Notes: a model not told the origin generated them from the sequence alone. 63,707 nucleotides of DNA from Octopus bimaculoides (GCF_001194135.2 NC_069001.1:9742340-9806046), one strand, 5' to 3'. Shown: positions 50,476 to 63,377, counted from the stretch's first letter. Program-made: numbers and translations.

Positions 50476-50731
50476 ACTCTATAGCGCTAAATGCTTTATC
50501 CAACGTTTTACCAATTAGTTACTCAAGTGTCTAAATCGAGTGTCGTCTGTATAGGATTATACGATCTACACGAAATAGCTGCCATATACATCCAGCATCT
50601 TAGAATAAAATTAATTTGATAATCCGGTCCTGGTTCAATGAATATCTTTAGAATACTGAATTGTAAGTGATAACTTTACTCGATCAGGACTGAGCATGCT
50701 TTATAAAACTAGCATAAACACAAATACAGTG

Positions 50732-50888
50732 GACCCCTTTGCTCAACTGTTCCTTATTTTATTGACCCGAGAGGATAAAAGATAAAGTTGACCTCTCCAG
50801 AATTTGAACTCAGAACGAGAAAGCGGATAAAATGGCATTAAGCATCCCCACCCCGTCGTGCTAAAGATACTTCCAAGCTCCCCACCTG
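50732..50888 (-). mobile_element. SINE-B, diverged
   Basis: ATTGACCCGAGAGGATAAAAGATAAAGTTGACCTC..GAATTTGAACTCAGAACG. Confidence 0.78.
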
Positions 50889-50940
50889 CCTCATTATGCA
50901 TGGGATGACACAATATATACATATATATATATATATGTAC

Positions 50941-50975
<35 letters not shown>

Positions 50976-50979
<4 letters not shown>

Positions 50980-51157
50980 CTTTGTGTTTGTCTCCAACAT
51001 CGCTTGAGAATCGGTGTTGGTGTGTTTCCGTCCTCTGTAACTTAGTCGTTCGGCCATAGGTAGCGGTATATAAGCACTGTGGTTAATTAGTTCGAATAAT
51101 GTCCTGAAGGCGGTGCCCCAGCATGGCTGATGTAGTCTGATAAATTAAACACAAAAG

Positions 51158-51158
<1 letters not shown>
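50976..51158 (+). mobile_element. SINE-A tail, diverged
   Basis: CAACATCGCTTGAGAATCGG...GTAACTTAG.CGTTCGGC...AAGGCGGTGCCCCAGCATGG. Confidence 0.78.
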
Positions 51159-51192
<34 letters not shown>

Positions 51193-52003
51193 CACACATG
51201 CGCGCGTCTATGTTTTTGTATGTGCGTGTATGCGCGAGTGTATGCGTGCTTGCGTTCGAATGTGTGTGTGTTGAGGTCACGTCACAAGTATTATCCAATG
51301 GAGAGGAAAGGCTGCTACTTCATTTTAATCGAGGAAATTAACCTGTTAATCAAGCTCAATGAATTAGAATCAACGACGCCTGAAATTCACGTGAGACGGT
51401 TTAAAATCATGGAAAAGTAGGCCGGATATGGAGCAGTTGTAGGTCAGGCTGAAAGAATCAACTCATCATTAACGCCTAATTAGTAACAGCTTTGGCTCTT
51501 CTGTTTCTTTCTGTGTCATTCTTTGATCTTTCAAATTGGGACAACTTCTCTTTTATTCTCATTTGAGAATTACGCATAAAAATTCTTTCGACTACTTAAA
51601 TTTATTAGATGAATTATAAAACATGCGTACTCGACAGCATTTGCACGCACTTTATCGCACTCAATCATATAGAACTAAAAACATACATATATGAATACAA
51701 ATATGCATAGATGCTCAAACGTGCTATTATCACAAAATAATGTAAGTGGTTACATACATACATACATACATATATACATACATACATACATACATACGTA
51801 CATACATGAAACAGAACATACCAATCTGCACGTAAACATACAGAAATGCATACCATGTTTGTATTGAATTTCCAATAAGGGAGCCTTGGATCTAGGTTAG
51901 AAACCGACTCTTTCTCTAGTGGCTAGAAATTTTAAGATAAAACTGTATAATGACATACATACATACAAACATACATACATACATACATACAAACAGATAG
52001 ACA

Positions 52004-52155
52004 GATGTAGTAGTTTATGTGTGGTAAGAAGCTTACTTCCCAACCACATGGTTCCGGGTTCAGTCCCACTGCATGGCACCTTGAGCAAGTGTCTTCTACT
52101 ATAGCCTCGTGCCAACCAAAACCTTGTGAGTGGATTTGGTAGACGGAAACGAAAC
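52004..52155 (+). mobile_element. SINE-A head/CORE
   Basis: TGTGTGGTAAGAAGCTTACTTCCCAACCACATGG...GATTTGGTAGACGGAAAC. Confidence 0.9.
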
Positions 52156-52209
52156 TAAAACACCGGTCGACAAGCGGTGATGGTAAGGACACACACACAC
52201 AAATATATA

Positions 52210-52243
<34 letters not shown>

Positions 52244-52246
<3 letters not shown>

Positions 52247-52372
52247 ACCAAATCCTCTTTGGTCGGCCTGAGGCTATAGTAGAAGACACTTCCCCAAGGT
52301 GCCACACAGCAGGACTGAACCCGGAACAATGTGACTGGAAAGCAAGCTTCTGCCCATGGAGCCACACCTGCG
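52244..52372 (-). mobile_element. SINE-A head/CORE, converging on the previous copy
   Basis: Reverse complement of the same head; a short minus-strand tail fragment lies at 52157-52200. Confidence 0.85.
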
Positions 52373-53326
52373 CATATATAGATATATATATATAAAGTCT
52401 AATGACCTTATACTAATTTATTCAATGTTGGCATGAAATTAAACAGCAGAAACATAACAGCATTTTCTCAGATTATTCATTTGACACTTGCCATAAAAAT
52501 AACGTCTGTATATGCACATTTTCCGATTCAGTGCTTCTCAAACATTTTCAACCACCATGTGTATAATATAACAGGCATGTTATATGTTAACTAACACAAC
52601 ATGAATATCCCCTTTATGGAAGAATTAGTCATATACATATTCTAAGTCGCATAAAACGCCGCTTATATCACAACACGTGTTGTGTCCTTAACTACTAAAA
52701 CTCAATCTTATTTTCCCTGTATATCCTCCATATAACTTTTTATCTATTTAATTTTCGGAGTTAACTTCCTTGCCACTCTTTTGATAAATCGTTATTCGTG
52801 CTAATGACTGTTTTTTAATTACGATTAAATTCATTAAATTTTACTTTTTTTGCTCTGCATATTAGCAGACGCTTTACAAAATTACATGTCTAAATTCCGT
52901 CTATATTAGAGGATGAAGTATGTGCTAATAAGTATCTCATTGAAATATTTGTATGGTTTTTTTTTGGTGGATTAAGCGTTAACTAACAAATGTCTCTCGA
53001 GAGAACACGTTGTATCGCGTGTCAGTTAAGCCCATAATCGCTAAATCCAAAACGAACTCGACCCTGTTCTATTTACTGAGCTAAGGTCAGCAAAATACCT
53101 CAATAAGGAATATATTACACAACTTCTATTTGCTCCGTTATTAAATCAATGAAGTAATCCATTGTTCACAAAAGACTCATACAGTCGACAATATGTATCG
53201 TCTGCTACGTGGCATATTTATATGAACCGAAGAATTAAATGAGTAAAGACAGCAATTATATAATAGAAACATTATACAATACAGTTTCCAAATCATCAGA
53301 TATTGTGAGATCGTATTTTAACTACC

Positions 53327-53484
53327 ACGTGTGTTTACGTCCCCGTAAACTAGCGGTTCGGCAAAAAGTGACCGATAGAATAAGTACTAGGCTTACAAAG
53401 AATAAGTCCTGGGGTCGATTTGCTCGACTAAAGGTGGTGCCTCAGCATGGCCGCAGTAAAATGACTGAAACAAGTAAAAAAGAG
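53327..53484 (+). mobile_element. SINE-A tail
   Basis: High identity to 21345-21497. Confidence 0.9.
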
Positions 53485-53834
53485 ATCCTATTAGTTGGTA
53501 CTATTAAGTTTGGACAAATTTATTCAGGGAATACTAGATAATCCATTTATACCTGGATACATGTCAGTAAATAGCAACACCTTACTTGGATGAGCCATGA
53601 TACAAGACCTGACTTTAGCAGATCCTTCAGGCAGTGCTATCAAGGTAGACATTACTGGACCATTCTTTGGCTGTAACGTATCTAAGTTATATAAGATATT
53701 ATTATCTATCCCACCTTCTCTGATCCCTCTTTTCACAAGTCACCACTGTCAGCTTTGTCTTTCATGCTACCGGCGTTCGATAAACAAATAGAATAGCTAA
53801 TACAGTTCTATATCTAAGAGAAGAGGAATTATGT

Positions 53835-53975
53835 ACATTATTTACATCATTTACATTATTTACATTTGACAGATATTTGTCCTCATCTTGTTTGTTGTTA
53901 ACATAAAGTTTCGGCTGATATGCCCTCCAGCCTTTATCAGGTGTCTTGGGGAAATTTCGAACCTGGGCTGTCATT
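53835..53975 (-). mobile_element. Element D 3' module (hammerhead motif with G8A)
   Basis: Reverse complement: CCCAGGTTCGAAATTTCCCCAAGACAC-CTGATAA-A-GGCTG..CAGCC-GAAACTTTATGTTAAC...(AAATGTAAAT)n. Confidence 0.88.
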
Positions 53976-54087
53976 CCCCAAGGCATCTGATGAAGGCTGG
54001 AGGGCATATCAGCCGACACGTTGTGTTGACAACAAACGAGATGAGGACAAATATCCGTCTAATGTAAATCATGTAAATAATGTAAAT
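53976..54087 (+). mobile_element. Element D 3' module in inverted orientation (hammerhead motif with A14C)
   Basis: GGCAT-CTGATGA-A-GGCTG-gagggcatat-CAGCC-GACA-CGTT-GTGTT...AATGTAAATCATGTAAATAATGTAAAT. Confidence 0.88.
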
Positions 54088-54310
54088 AGAATAGTTGTAG
54101 TGCACTGTGTTCGATCCTTATTTTTCTCAACAAATACTGAGAGTCAACCTGGAGAAGGATGGGTTCTGCCGCCTTTAAAATGTCTTAGATACCCTGTATG
54201 AACAGTAAACACGGGGCCCTTGAATCTCCACCAAGAGTTACGAATTCTTAAAATAACCTTCTATCTTTTAATTAAAGATGCCTAAAATTTTCAATATATG
54301 GGAGATTATA

Positions 54311-54537
54311 GGCGGCGAGCTGGCAGAATCGTTAGCAGGGGTGGAGGGTGGGGCAAAATGCTTAGCTGCATTTCAACCATCTTTACGTTCTGAGTTCAAA
54401 TACCAGCGGGGTCGACGACGCTTTTCATTTTTTCAGGATCGATAAAATAAAGTACCAATTGAACACTAGCGTTGATGTAATCAACTTACCCCCACTCCCA
54501 CCTGAAATTGCTGCCCTTGTGCCAAAATTTGAAACTA
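54311..54537 (+). mobile_element. SINE-B, full length
   Basis: GGCGGCGAGCTGGCAGAATCGTTAGC head; GCTGCCCTTGTGCCAAAATTTGAAAC tail type. Confidence 0.88.
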
Positions 54538-54860
54538 ATGTACGGCATAATTGGACGGTATTTCTAAAGGAACGATACACACACACACACACACACACAT
54601 TCTGTCCCTTAATGAAGGTTTTAAATATATTTTAGCGTTTGTGAGATGTGTGTGCCTGTCGGCTCCCGACATCGTTTGCAGTGTAAACAAAGAAGTCTGC
54701 GATTAAAGTGACAGCTAAAACCAATGCTTTTACCATTCCATATATCATGGATCATTACAGAAACTCCATTTAGAAATTATTTCCGATAACAGATTCGCGC
54801 CAAAGATGTACATCCGGGACCTTCACTTTATTTTCTTTATTTACTTCAGTCTGCACATTT

Positions 54861-55192
54861 TGTTGTTGTTGTTGGTGGTGGTGTTGTTGCTGGTGTTGTT
54901 GCTGTTGTTGTTGTTGTTGTTGTAGTTGCTGTTGTTGTAAAAGGTTATTTCGATTTTATTTCGTCGAATTCCATTATTGTAATTGTTACGGTTACTGTTG
55001 TTCTTGTAGTTGTTGCAGTTAGATGGTGATGATGATGACGACGTGGACGTTGCAGTAGATGATGATGATGATGCTGATGATGACGATGATGATGAGAATG
55101 ATGATGATGACGACGATGACGATGTTGCAATAAATGACGATGATGGTACTGCATCAGGGCATTATTATTATTATTATTGGTAGTAGTAGTAG
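54861..55192. repeat. Compound trinucleotide tract (GTT)n/(GAT)n/(ATT)n/(AGT)n
   Basis: Directly visible imperfect triplet arrays. Confidence 0.9.
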
Positions 55193-55549
55193 TAGCGCTT
55201 GCAGTTTGTTGTTGCTGGCAGAATAAAACACTATGCCCCCAATTGCCGCGCAGTGGGATCGATCAAGGACCTCATGATTGCAATGCCAGCTCCCTAACCA
55301 CAATGATATAACTGCATCGATGTTATAACAATAATAAAGAATAAATTCATTAAGAGCAAAAATCACATCGGTCAAGAAGGACGATCTCACGGTGTAGCTC
55401 GATGTGCTAGAAATAACAGTCATATTTTTTGTCTAATTAACAACTCTAAGTATCACAGATTAATATTAAATCGAATAATCTAGCATCTTAAGTGAAGGAC
55501 GTATTAACAAATATGTTTGAAAATTGAGGGATAAGTACAGATGGAGATG

Positions 55550-55911
55550 ATGATCGAACCTTGGGTAAAGGTGGATGCTGCTGGAAGGTTATATGTGTGG
55601 CAACAGGATTCAGCGCCTTGATTTATCACAGGGAAGAGTCATGAATCATTAGTGGAGAATTTCTACACTTTCACCAGCTGCAGTTTCTGGCCACCTAATA
55701 ACCAGGTTTGTAATAACCATGAATTATTATGAATGCAGTGCGGTTGAGAAAGTCACCACCTGCTCTGTCTGCAAATATGAAGGTCGAGCTGGTGGCTATT
55801 ATCAACAAGGTGTTCAAAGATTTCCCGATGGGTACTGTGGGGAATGCAAGCACAAGATTCGGGAGCCGTCTTGAGGCCGTGCTGGAAACTGAGGGCGACT
55901 ACGTGGTTTAG
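55550..55911 (+). pseudogene. Tc1/mariner-superfamily transposase C-terminal catalytic region, maT (DD37D)-like, decayed
   Basis: IEPWVKVDAAGRLYVWQQDSAP*...ENFY.F....FWPPN...CN / KVELVAIINKVF....V.NA..RF.SRLEAVLETEGDYVV*. Contains the QQD.AP and WPP.SPD-type motifs. Confidence 0.82.
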
Positions 55912-56292
55912 ACTGTTACTACCACCCACAATCTAGGTGATTTTTAATTTTTTTAAACGCCTTTATTTTTGCATGTTGCGTTTTATTTTCTCTTAATGTA
56001 AGCTGTTAAGTTTAGCTCGAACACACTATAGGTGTGTGCCGTGTGTGTGTGTGTTTATGTGTGTGTGTGTGTGTGTGTTTATGTGTGTGTGTTTATGTGT
56101 GTGTGTGTGTGTGTGTGTGTTTATGTGTGTGTGTTAGAGTGTGTGTGTGTGTGTGTTCGCAAATTAATCATCATCGCATACAGCTGTTTCAATTATTACT
56201 CAGTAAATATTAAATATTAAATTTATATGACCTGAGCGTAAAATCTTCAGAGAGAAAGAAATATAACCTTGGATATTTTATATGTGTTTATT

Positions 56293-56519
56293 ATAGATAG
56301 GTAGGTAGATAGATAGATAGATACATAGATACACAGACAGACGGACGAACAGAAAGAGAGATAGATAGACAAACAGACAGACAGACAGAAAAATAGGTAG
56401 ATAGATAGACAGGTAGGTTGGTAGATAGATAGACAGATAGATAAATACATGGATAGATAAGTAGATAGACAGACAGACGAACGGAAACAGAGATAGATAG
56501 ACAGACAAACAGACAAACC

Positions 56520-56551
<32 letters not shown>

Positions 56552-56565
56552 TACAGATAGATAGA
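56293..56565. repeat. (GATA)n/(GACA)n tetranucleotide array
   Basis: Directly visible. Confidence 0.92.
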
Positions 56566-57102
56566 TTGTTATAAATGCATATTTATATAATATATGCATG
56601 TTTTACTCTTCGTTAAACCATTACAACAGTTTCACCGTTGTAAATCCTGAATTTTCTTACACCTGAAGAATGTCGACATTAGTTAGAAATCCAAATGGGG
56701 CAGGGTACTCAACCCAAAGCTCGGGTGGAGTCTTGCGTTGGAAATACCTCATTTCTCTCCACTCCCAGGACCTTATATTTCTGCCCCATACGGAATACAC
56801 ACATTGCAGTTTTGAACACAAACACACACATACACATCCACACAAACACACACACACACACACATAAATATACATGGGGTTAGATGAGGACTGTAGAGTG
56901 TTAGTTACTGTTAGAAGTTCAGTATCCTCTATGATTAGTCAACGTTCAGTTTCCCACCATTAACGGCAACGAAACGGATTAGGTTTCAACTGCAAATATG
57001 TAGTTTGTAATTTAAATAGCCCCAGGAAATTATTGTAAATTTAATTAAAACGTCGTTGTAAGTACTTCGAAACAGATTATATGTGTGTGTGTATGTGTAT
57101 GA

Positions 57103-57137
<35 letters not shown>

Positions 57138-57911
57138 NNNNNNNNNNNNNNNNNNNNNNNNNNNNNNNNNNNNNNNNNNNNNNNNNNNNNNNNNNNNNNN
57201 NNNNNNNNNNNNNNNNNNNNNNNNNNNNNNNNNNNNNNNNNNNNNNNNNNNNNNNNNNNNNNNNNNNNNNNNNNNNNNNNNNNNNNNNNNNNNNNNNNNN
57301 NNNNNNNNNNNNNNNNNNNNNNNNNNNNNNNNNNNNNNNNNNNNNNNNNNNNNNNNNNNNNNNNNNNNNNNNNNNNNNNNNNNNNNNNNNNNNNNNNNNN
57401 NNNNNNNNNNNNNNNNNNNNNNNNNNNNNNNNNNNNNNNNNNNNNNNNNNNNNNNNNNNNNNNNNNNNNNNNNNNNNNNNNNNNNNNNNNNNNNNNNNNN
57501 NNNNNNNNNNNNNNNNNNNNNNNNNNNNNNNNNNNNNNNNNNNNNNNNNNNNNNNNNNNNNNNNNNNNNNNNNNNNNNNNNNNNNNNNNNNNNNNNNNNN
57601 NNNNNNNNNNNNNNNNNNNNNNNNNNNNNNNNNNNNNNNNNNNNNNNNNNNNNNNNNNNNNNNNNNNNNNNNNNNNNNNNNNNNNNNNNNNNNNNNNNNN
57701 NNNNNNNNNNNNNNNNNNNNNNNNNNNNNNNNNNNNNNNNNNNNNNNNNNNNNNNNNNNNNNNNNNNNNNNNNNNNNNNNNNNNNNNNNNNNNNNNNNNN
57801 NNNNNNNNNNNNNNNNNNNNNNNNNNNNNNNNNNNNNNNNNNNNNNNNNNNNNNNNNNNNNNNNNNNNNNNNNNNNNNNNNNNNNNNNNNNNNNNNNNNN
57901 NNNNNNNNNNN

Positions 57912-57948
<37 letters not shown>

Positions 57949-58055
57949 TATAAGTTTACATACGGTATGTGTGTACACCGCTTGTATTATATTTGTATAT
58001 TTATACGTTTAATGTTATATATGCTTATCCACACACGTACACATTCGCACGCGCG

Positions 58056-58088
<33 letters not shown>

Positions 58089-58092
58089 GTAT

Positions 58093-58135
<43 letters not shown>

Positions 58136-58792
58136 AATATGTATATGCATATACGGGTGTTGCTAGGTATATATAGCTTTATACACACTCATACGAGTAC
58201 AAATATATGTATGGACATATCGTACGCACATACTCATATATACGCATATATAGAATTAATCATATGTAATATAATACTTTAAATATGGATCATTATTAAA
58301 TGCATTTATTTATACGTGAGAAAGAAAGAAAGATTGAGAGAAAGGCAGAGAGGGGGGAGAGAAAGAGAGAGAGAGAACAAGAATGTAGTATGTAGATATA
58401 TACATACTTTGAATATATCAGCAACAGTATTATCATAATGATTAATTGCTGCATCTCACACACACAGACACGCATACACACACGCCGCGTATACACACAC
58501 ATACACACACACACTCGTATATGTACGTATGCATACATACGCGAGCGCTCGCACACACAACTATGTTTATTCATATGTGTGTTGTTTGTGAGCGTATATC
58601 TGTGTGTATACATTGAAATAGAGTGAAAATTTACTGCTCATTACGAGAAGGAAAAATTAATTTTATTTATAAATATCAATATATATTATATATATCTGTG
58701 GAATCAAGTATCTACGCACACAGAGCACATATATGTCACATATATACATACATATATAATCGTATATGTACACGTATAACTATATAACTGTG

Positions 58793-58827
<35 letters not shown>

Positions 58828-58940
58828 AGATAGACAGATAGATAGATACAGTCATATATATATATACATACAGACATATATATAAATATATATATGTATG
58901 TATACATGTATGTGTGTATCCATCTGTATATCTAACTATG

Positions 58941-58997
<57 letters not shown>

Positions 58998-59569
58998 GTA
59001 TTATATTCATAAGTATATTTTGTATATGTATATATTTTCTCTCGTTCTGGTCTAACGGCTCCCCATGTTTGTTTTCGTTCGGTTTCCTGGTATGTCTCCA
59101 TTGTCTTATTTTTCTCCCCGACGTTGACCCTCTATAACTCCTAAACTTTATTTTAGAATTTACGGATGCAACTGTCTTTGAAGNNNNNNNNNNNNNNNNN
59201 NNNNNNNNNNNNNNNNNNNNNNNNNNNNNNNNNNNNNNNNNNNNNNNNNNNNNNNNNNNNNNNNNNNNNNNNNNNNNNNNNNNCACGGACACTCACGTAT
59301 ACATACATTGACAGATACAGTACTGTCGCTAATATATATATACTCATGAAAATAAACGATTATGTAATCCGCAGGAAATCTGTGATAATATCGTATCAAT
59401 TATATATTTCACTTGCAGGGGGTGTATACAAAAGGAGAGCCAACGCTTAATGATGTAGATACGAATTTTATAGCGTATAATTAATTAGAAATTAGTTTTA
59501 TGTATCATCCGATATCTAGTGTATCGACCCTGACTCTTGTTCTCTCATTGCCGTAGCAGGAACACACAG

Positions 59570-60200
59570 ACACACGCATACAGGCGCATACACATACGCA
59601 AGCATACATGCGCTCGAACACACAAATAAACACATACATATCGCGTACGCACATACACACACATATACAGAAGCATGCACGCACACTGACACACAGACAT
59701 GTACAAACACATTGCCAACGCACATATACACACATACACAAGCATACGCACATACACACACATACTCAAGCACACACACACACATACACACACACACACA
59801 CACATATCACGCACCTACATACACTTACACACATGAGCATACGCGCGCACACACATATCGCGCGCGTACACATACCTACACAAGCATACGCGCGTACAGA
59901 AACATGGACACGCACACACATATACATACATCACATACATACATACGTGCATTCAACAACCTTTACACACACACAACGCACATAGACACACATACACAAC
60001 CCTTACCCCACACATGTTCACACGCATCACACAGTCGCACAACCACACTCTCATAAGCATTGCACAGAAATGGTAACATACGCATCATACTCAAAATATG
60101 TTCCCAGAATTAATTAGATCTACACATGTGTGGATATCTGCACATTTCGACATCCACACACACAAACACATAAAGACACACGCACACACATATATATATA
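59570..60200. repeat. Long degenerate CA-rich low-complexity tract
   Basis: Alternating purine-pyrimidine (CA/TA/CG) sequence over ~630 bp. Confidence 0.85.
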
Positions 60201-60429
60201 TATCATATATATATATATATATAACATTCGCCATGCATCCTCTTCCAAGTAAGTTTTAATAATTCGGATGCGCACTCTATACGATCTTTTTACTCTTTCG
60301 CTTTTCTCAATTTTTCTCTCTCTTATTCTTTTACTTCCCCTTCTCCCACTATTCTATCCTATTGCTCTGTCACTCTCTCACCCTCCCACCTCCTCCATTG
60401 TTCACGTGGCACACCCCTGACCATAGGTC

Positions 60430-60791
60430 ATCTTTGTTTCTTTCTCTCTGTTGTTGCTGGAACAAGGAAGACTTGTTCTTGTTTGTCTCCTGTCCTAGCT
60501 TGATTTACGCGTTCGCCACCACAACCTCGTTTAGGCCTTCCTGTTTGTTTTCACTGTCCAGTTTGTGTTACCTACTTTGACCCTCTGCAAAATCCCAAAT
60601 TTTATTTAATTTGCTTTGCGAGAGCAACTGTTTTATCAAAAGCGTATATTTTTGTTAAATGCTGGAAATACGAGACTAGAAAAACAGCCAACAACTAACT
60701 GATGAAGGGTCATTCTTCATGTTTGTTTCCTCTTCCATTTGTGTCTTTCGTTGTTCGAAAGAATAGTTCATGTTCCACGAATTCGTGCTTC
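60430..60791. repeat. Dispersed repeat E, second copy (inverted relative to 40397)
   Basis: Reverse-complement homology to 40397-40766; followed by poly(T). Confidence 0.88.
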
Positions 60792-60830
<39 letters not shown>

Positions 60831-62066
60831 TTTGTGGTGTACACGTTTCAAGACGACATGTCATTTGATACTCGTTCAGCTTCGTTACCTTGCCGATTTG
60901 TTTCAGATGGCCCAATACAGTTGGAATCGAAACATCAAACCTTGCTGCTAACTCACGCGTAGTTTGAGATAGATGTATCCTCTTCCATTACAGTTCCCCC
61001 CCTCATCAATATCCACTGGGATGATTTTCAAAAGTCATATGCCTCTTGACTAAGAGATTACAATCGTACTGTACCATTTATTGTTGTGTTTTCAATGCAT
61101 TTTGTATTGTTTTACGATAAAGTTTTCCTCCATTCTATTCTTAACTCGATTTGAATATCTGTTGCTGAATAGTGTCTCGTTCAGTCTGAGAACTTCTTTG
61201 CTCAAGTTTTTTCTTGGAAAACAATACAAGTGCTATTTTAAGTATAGAATTATCTCACAACTGACATTTTGTATCTGCACAGACATTTACAGTCTTCATC
61301 TAAGTACAGGCATTTATTCATGCCTTTAGTATAGACAGGCATTATCTATCTGAAATATCTATATCTAGAAATACAGTCGGTTTATTGGTGCTAGTTTCAT
61401 TTTTATTGTCTAGATATTGAATTTTTGATAGACATCTGTTTCCCGTGTCTTCATTTAATTTATGGACGTTTTCTTGTTTGTCCCTTACGACTTTCTTCCA
61501 CTCATTTTAAGTATAGCGTATGTTCACTATTGGTATAGCTTTGTTTTCTATTGTCTTCGAGTTTAACCCACGAATAGACTCCCAAGTACACATCGCTCTG
61601 TTTCTTTGCTTATATATTTTGCCTTTGTTGCGCATCGAAATAATAGACTTGACTTGTATAAGACCGGTATATTAGCTAGCTGGTATAATGGACGGTTTTG
61701 TTATTGGCTGTTTTGTTCATTACTTAAGAAGGGTTCTATCATTTCTGCTACTCGAACTCTTCTAAGCACACTTCATCCATCAACTGTAAATACATTGCCT
61801 GTTTGATTCGTCTCTTTTGACATCTCTAGCAACTTTTTGATCGACCTTACGGAGTATATCTTCAGCATATAGTGTTTGATGATGTTATTTAATTATTGTG
61901 TGTTAATGAATATATTTGATAAGTTTTGCGGGGTTAAATTAATGTAAAGAAGAGGTAGAACACGGCCTTGTACAAAAATTTAAAATCCAAGAGAGTACAA
62001 ATAAAACTTCAAGAATTCAAAGACTACATTTCTCAAAATAAACCTAAAAACAAAAAATACCAGTTG

Positions 62067-62177
62067 TCCTTTCGGCGTCGATGAATTAAGTACTAGTTAC
62101 GTAGTGGGGTCGATTTAATCGATTTGCTGCCCCTCTCGCAAAAATCTCTAGCCTTGTACCTACAGTAGAAAGGGTTA
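62067..62177 (+). mobile_element. SINE-B 3' part
   Basis: CCTTTCGGCGTCGATGAATTAAGTAC..TGGGGTCGATTTAATCGA...CCTTGTACCTACAGTAGAAAGG. Confidence 0.82.
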
Positions 62178-63377
62178 TTTGTGTTTCTTTGTCAAAGTTC
62201 TTTCGTCACGCATCTTCTGACCTCTTCAACAACCCTCAATCCGAGTTGTCTCCTCTTTTTCTGTTTATTCTATTTTTAGTTAATCGCTTAGTAAATACTT
62301 ATTGTTTGAAAGGGAACGGTCATGGCTGTAACGCTTTGATCCTAATCTGCGAAATCGGAACTTTGCCTGAGGATAGGCTGCAACAATAAAAAAACAGCAA
62401 CAACAAAAACAAAAACCACAACAACCACGACAGCAACAACAACAGCAGCAGGTACAAGAACAACAACAATTACAGTTACGGGGGATATTAAACAAATATG
62501 TAAATCTAAACGGGATCGTGAATGAACTATTAAAAAGTAATTGCTCCGAAAACTAATTTACATCTGCAGATAGATTTCAAGGAAATGTTCTAAGAGAATT
62601 AGTTCATATCTTCGGAAGTAACACAACCTTACGCATAAGAAATCTATTAAAAGATTGCATACTTTTTTTCCTTTTCAATTTCCGTTATGTTTTATCATCT
62701 TTAATTTTAATTTGTATAAACAAACCGTCGAATGAACTGACTGTTTGTTTTTGCTAAATTGCTATAATTTGATCACAGTTTAAGCTTCTACGAAGTTCTT
62801 TTTAACGCATATACATGTGTATACACAGACCCATTTGTGGCTACTATTAAATTTTTTTATAAATACCGCACCTCTAAGGCTTTGAGTGCTTTATTCGTAT
62901 TGGAGATATCCTTGTTACAAAAACAATATATATCCATATGTATAGATATGTACGTGCATTTGTGTATAGTAACACATTTTGTTTAAAGCACGTTTTTTAT
63001 TGAAAACACCATTGTATCCTTGTTTAATCTGTTTTATCAACATTCATTTGTTTGTCTTTGAAAATGATCCCCGAAGTTTGTTCGGAGTAAGGCTTTTTTG
63101 TGGCAAAGTTACTAAGGTCGTTTTTAGCGTGCCTTTTGCGTAGATTTTCCTCAGATTCTGTTAGGAACTTCCATACATTTCGAATTAGCTTGTCGGCTCT
63201 TTAAGAAAGAGAGGTGCTTACGCTAAAAATAATTCGTTATGAAGATATGACTACAAAGAGCTGGAAACGTTCATGGTGGAACTATAGCGTTTATCGTTCC
63301 AAATAGACTGTAAAAAAAACTAAACTGGAAATATGAAGGGGATACACCGTTAAATGATTAAGCAAGACCATACATAA

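Noticed and set aside
52529-52545. CAGTGCTTCTCAAAC, hAT/Charlie-like TIR
   Set aside because: No matching opposite end or 8-bp TSD found.
53524-53791. Overlapping 64-70 aa ORFs on both strands
   Set aside because: No recognisable domain, and lengths are compatible with chance.
54945-55154. Poly-His ORF on the minus strand
   Set aside because: Translation of a (GAT)n triplet tract with no flanking coding context.
69-60056. The many long ORFs rich in YI/HT/CV/X in the six-frame track
   Set aside because: They are translations of (TA)n, (CA)n and (TG)n microsatellites and N-gaps, with no domain content.
60690-60775. CTGATGAAG...CGAAAG in repeat E as a hammerhead
   Set aside because: No convincing stem II and no NUH triplet; the second copy has AUGAUGA and CAAAAG at the equivalent sites.
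61250-61750. Possible decayed GIY-YIG endonuclease on the minus strand (VLYKSS...FVG*TRRQ*KTKLY)
   Set aside because: Many stops and only loose motif resemblance; needs a profile-HMM search to be credible.
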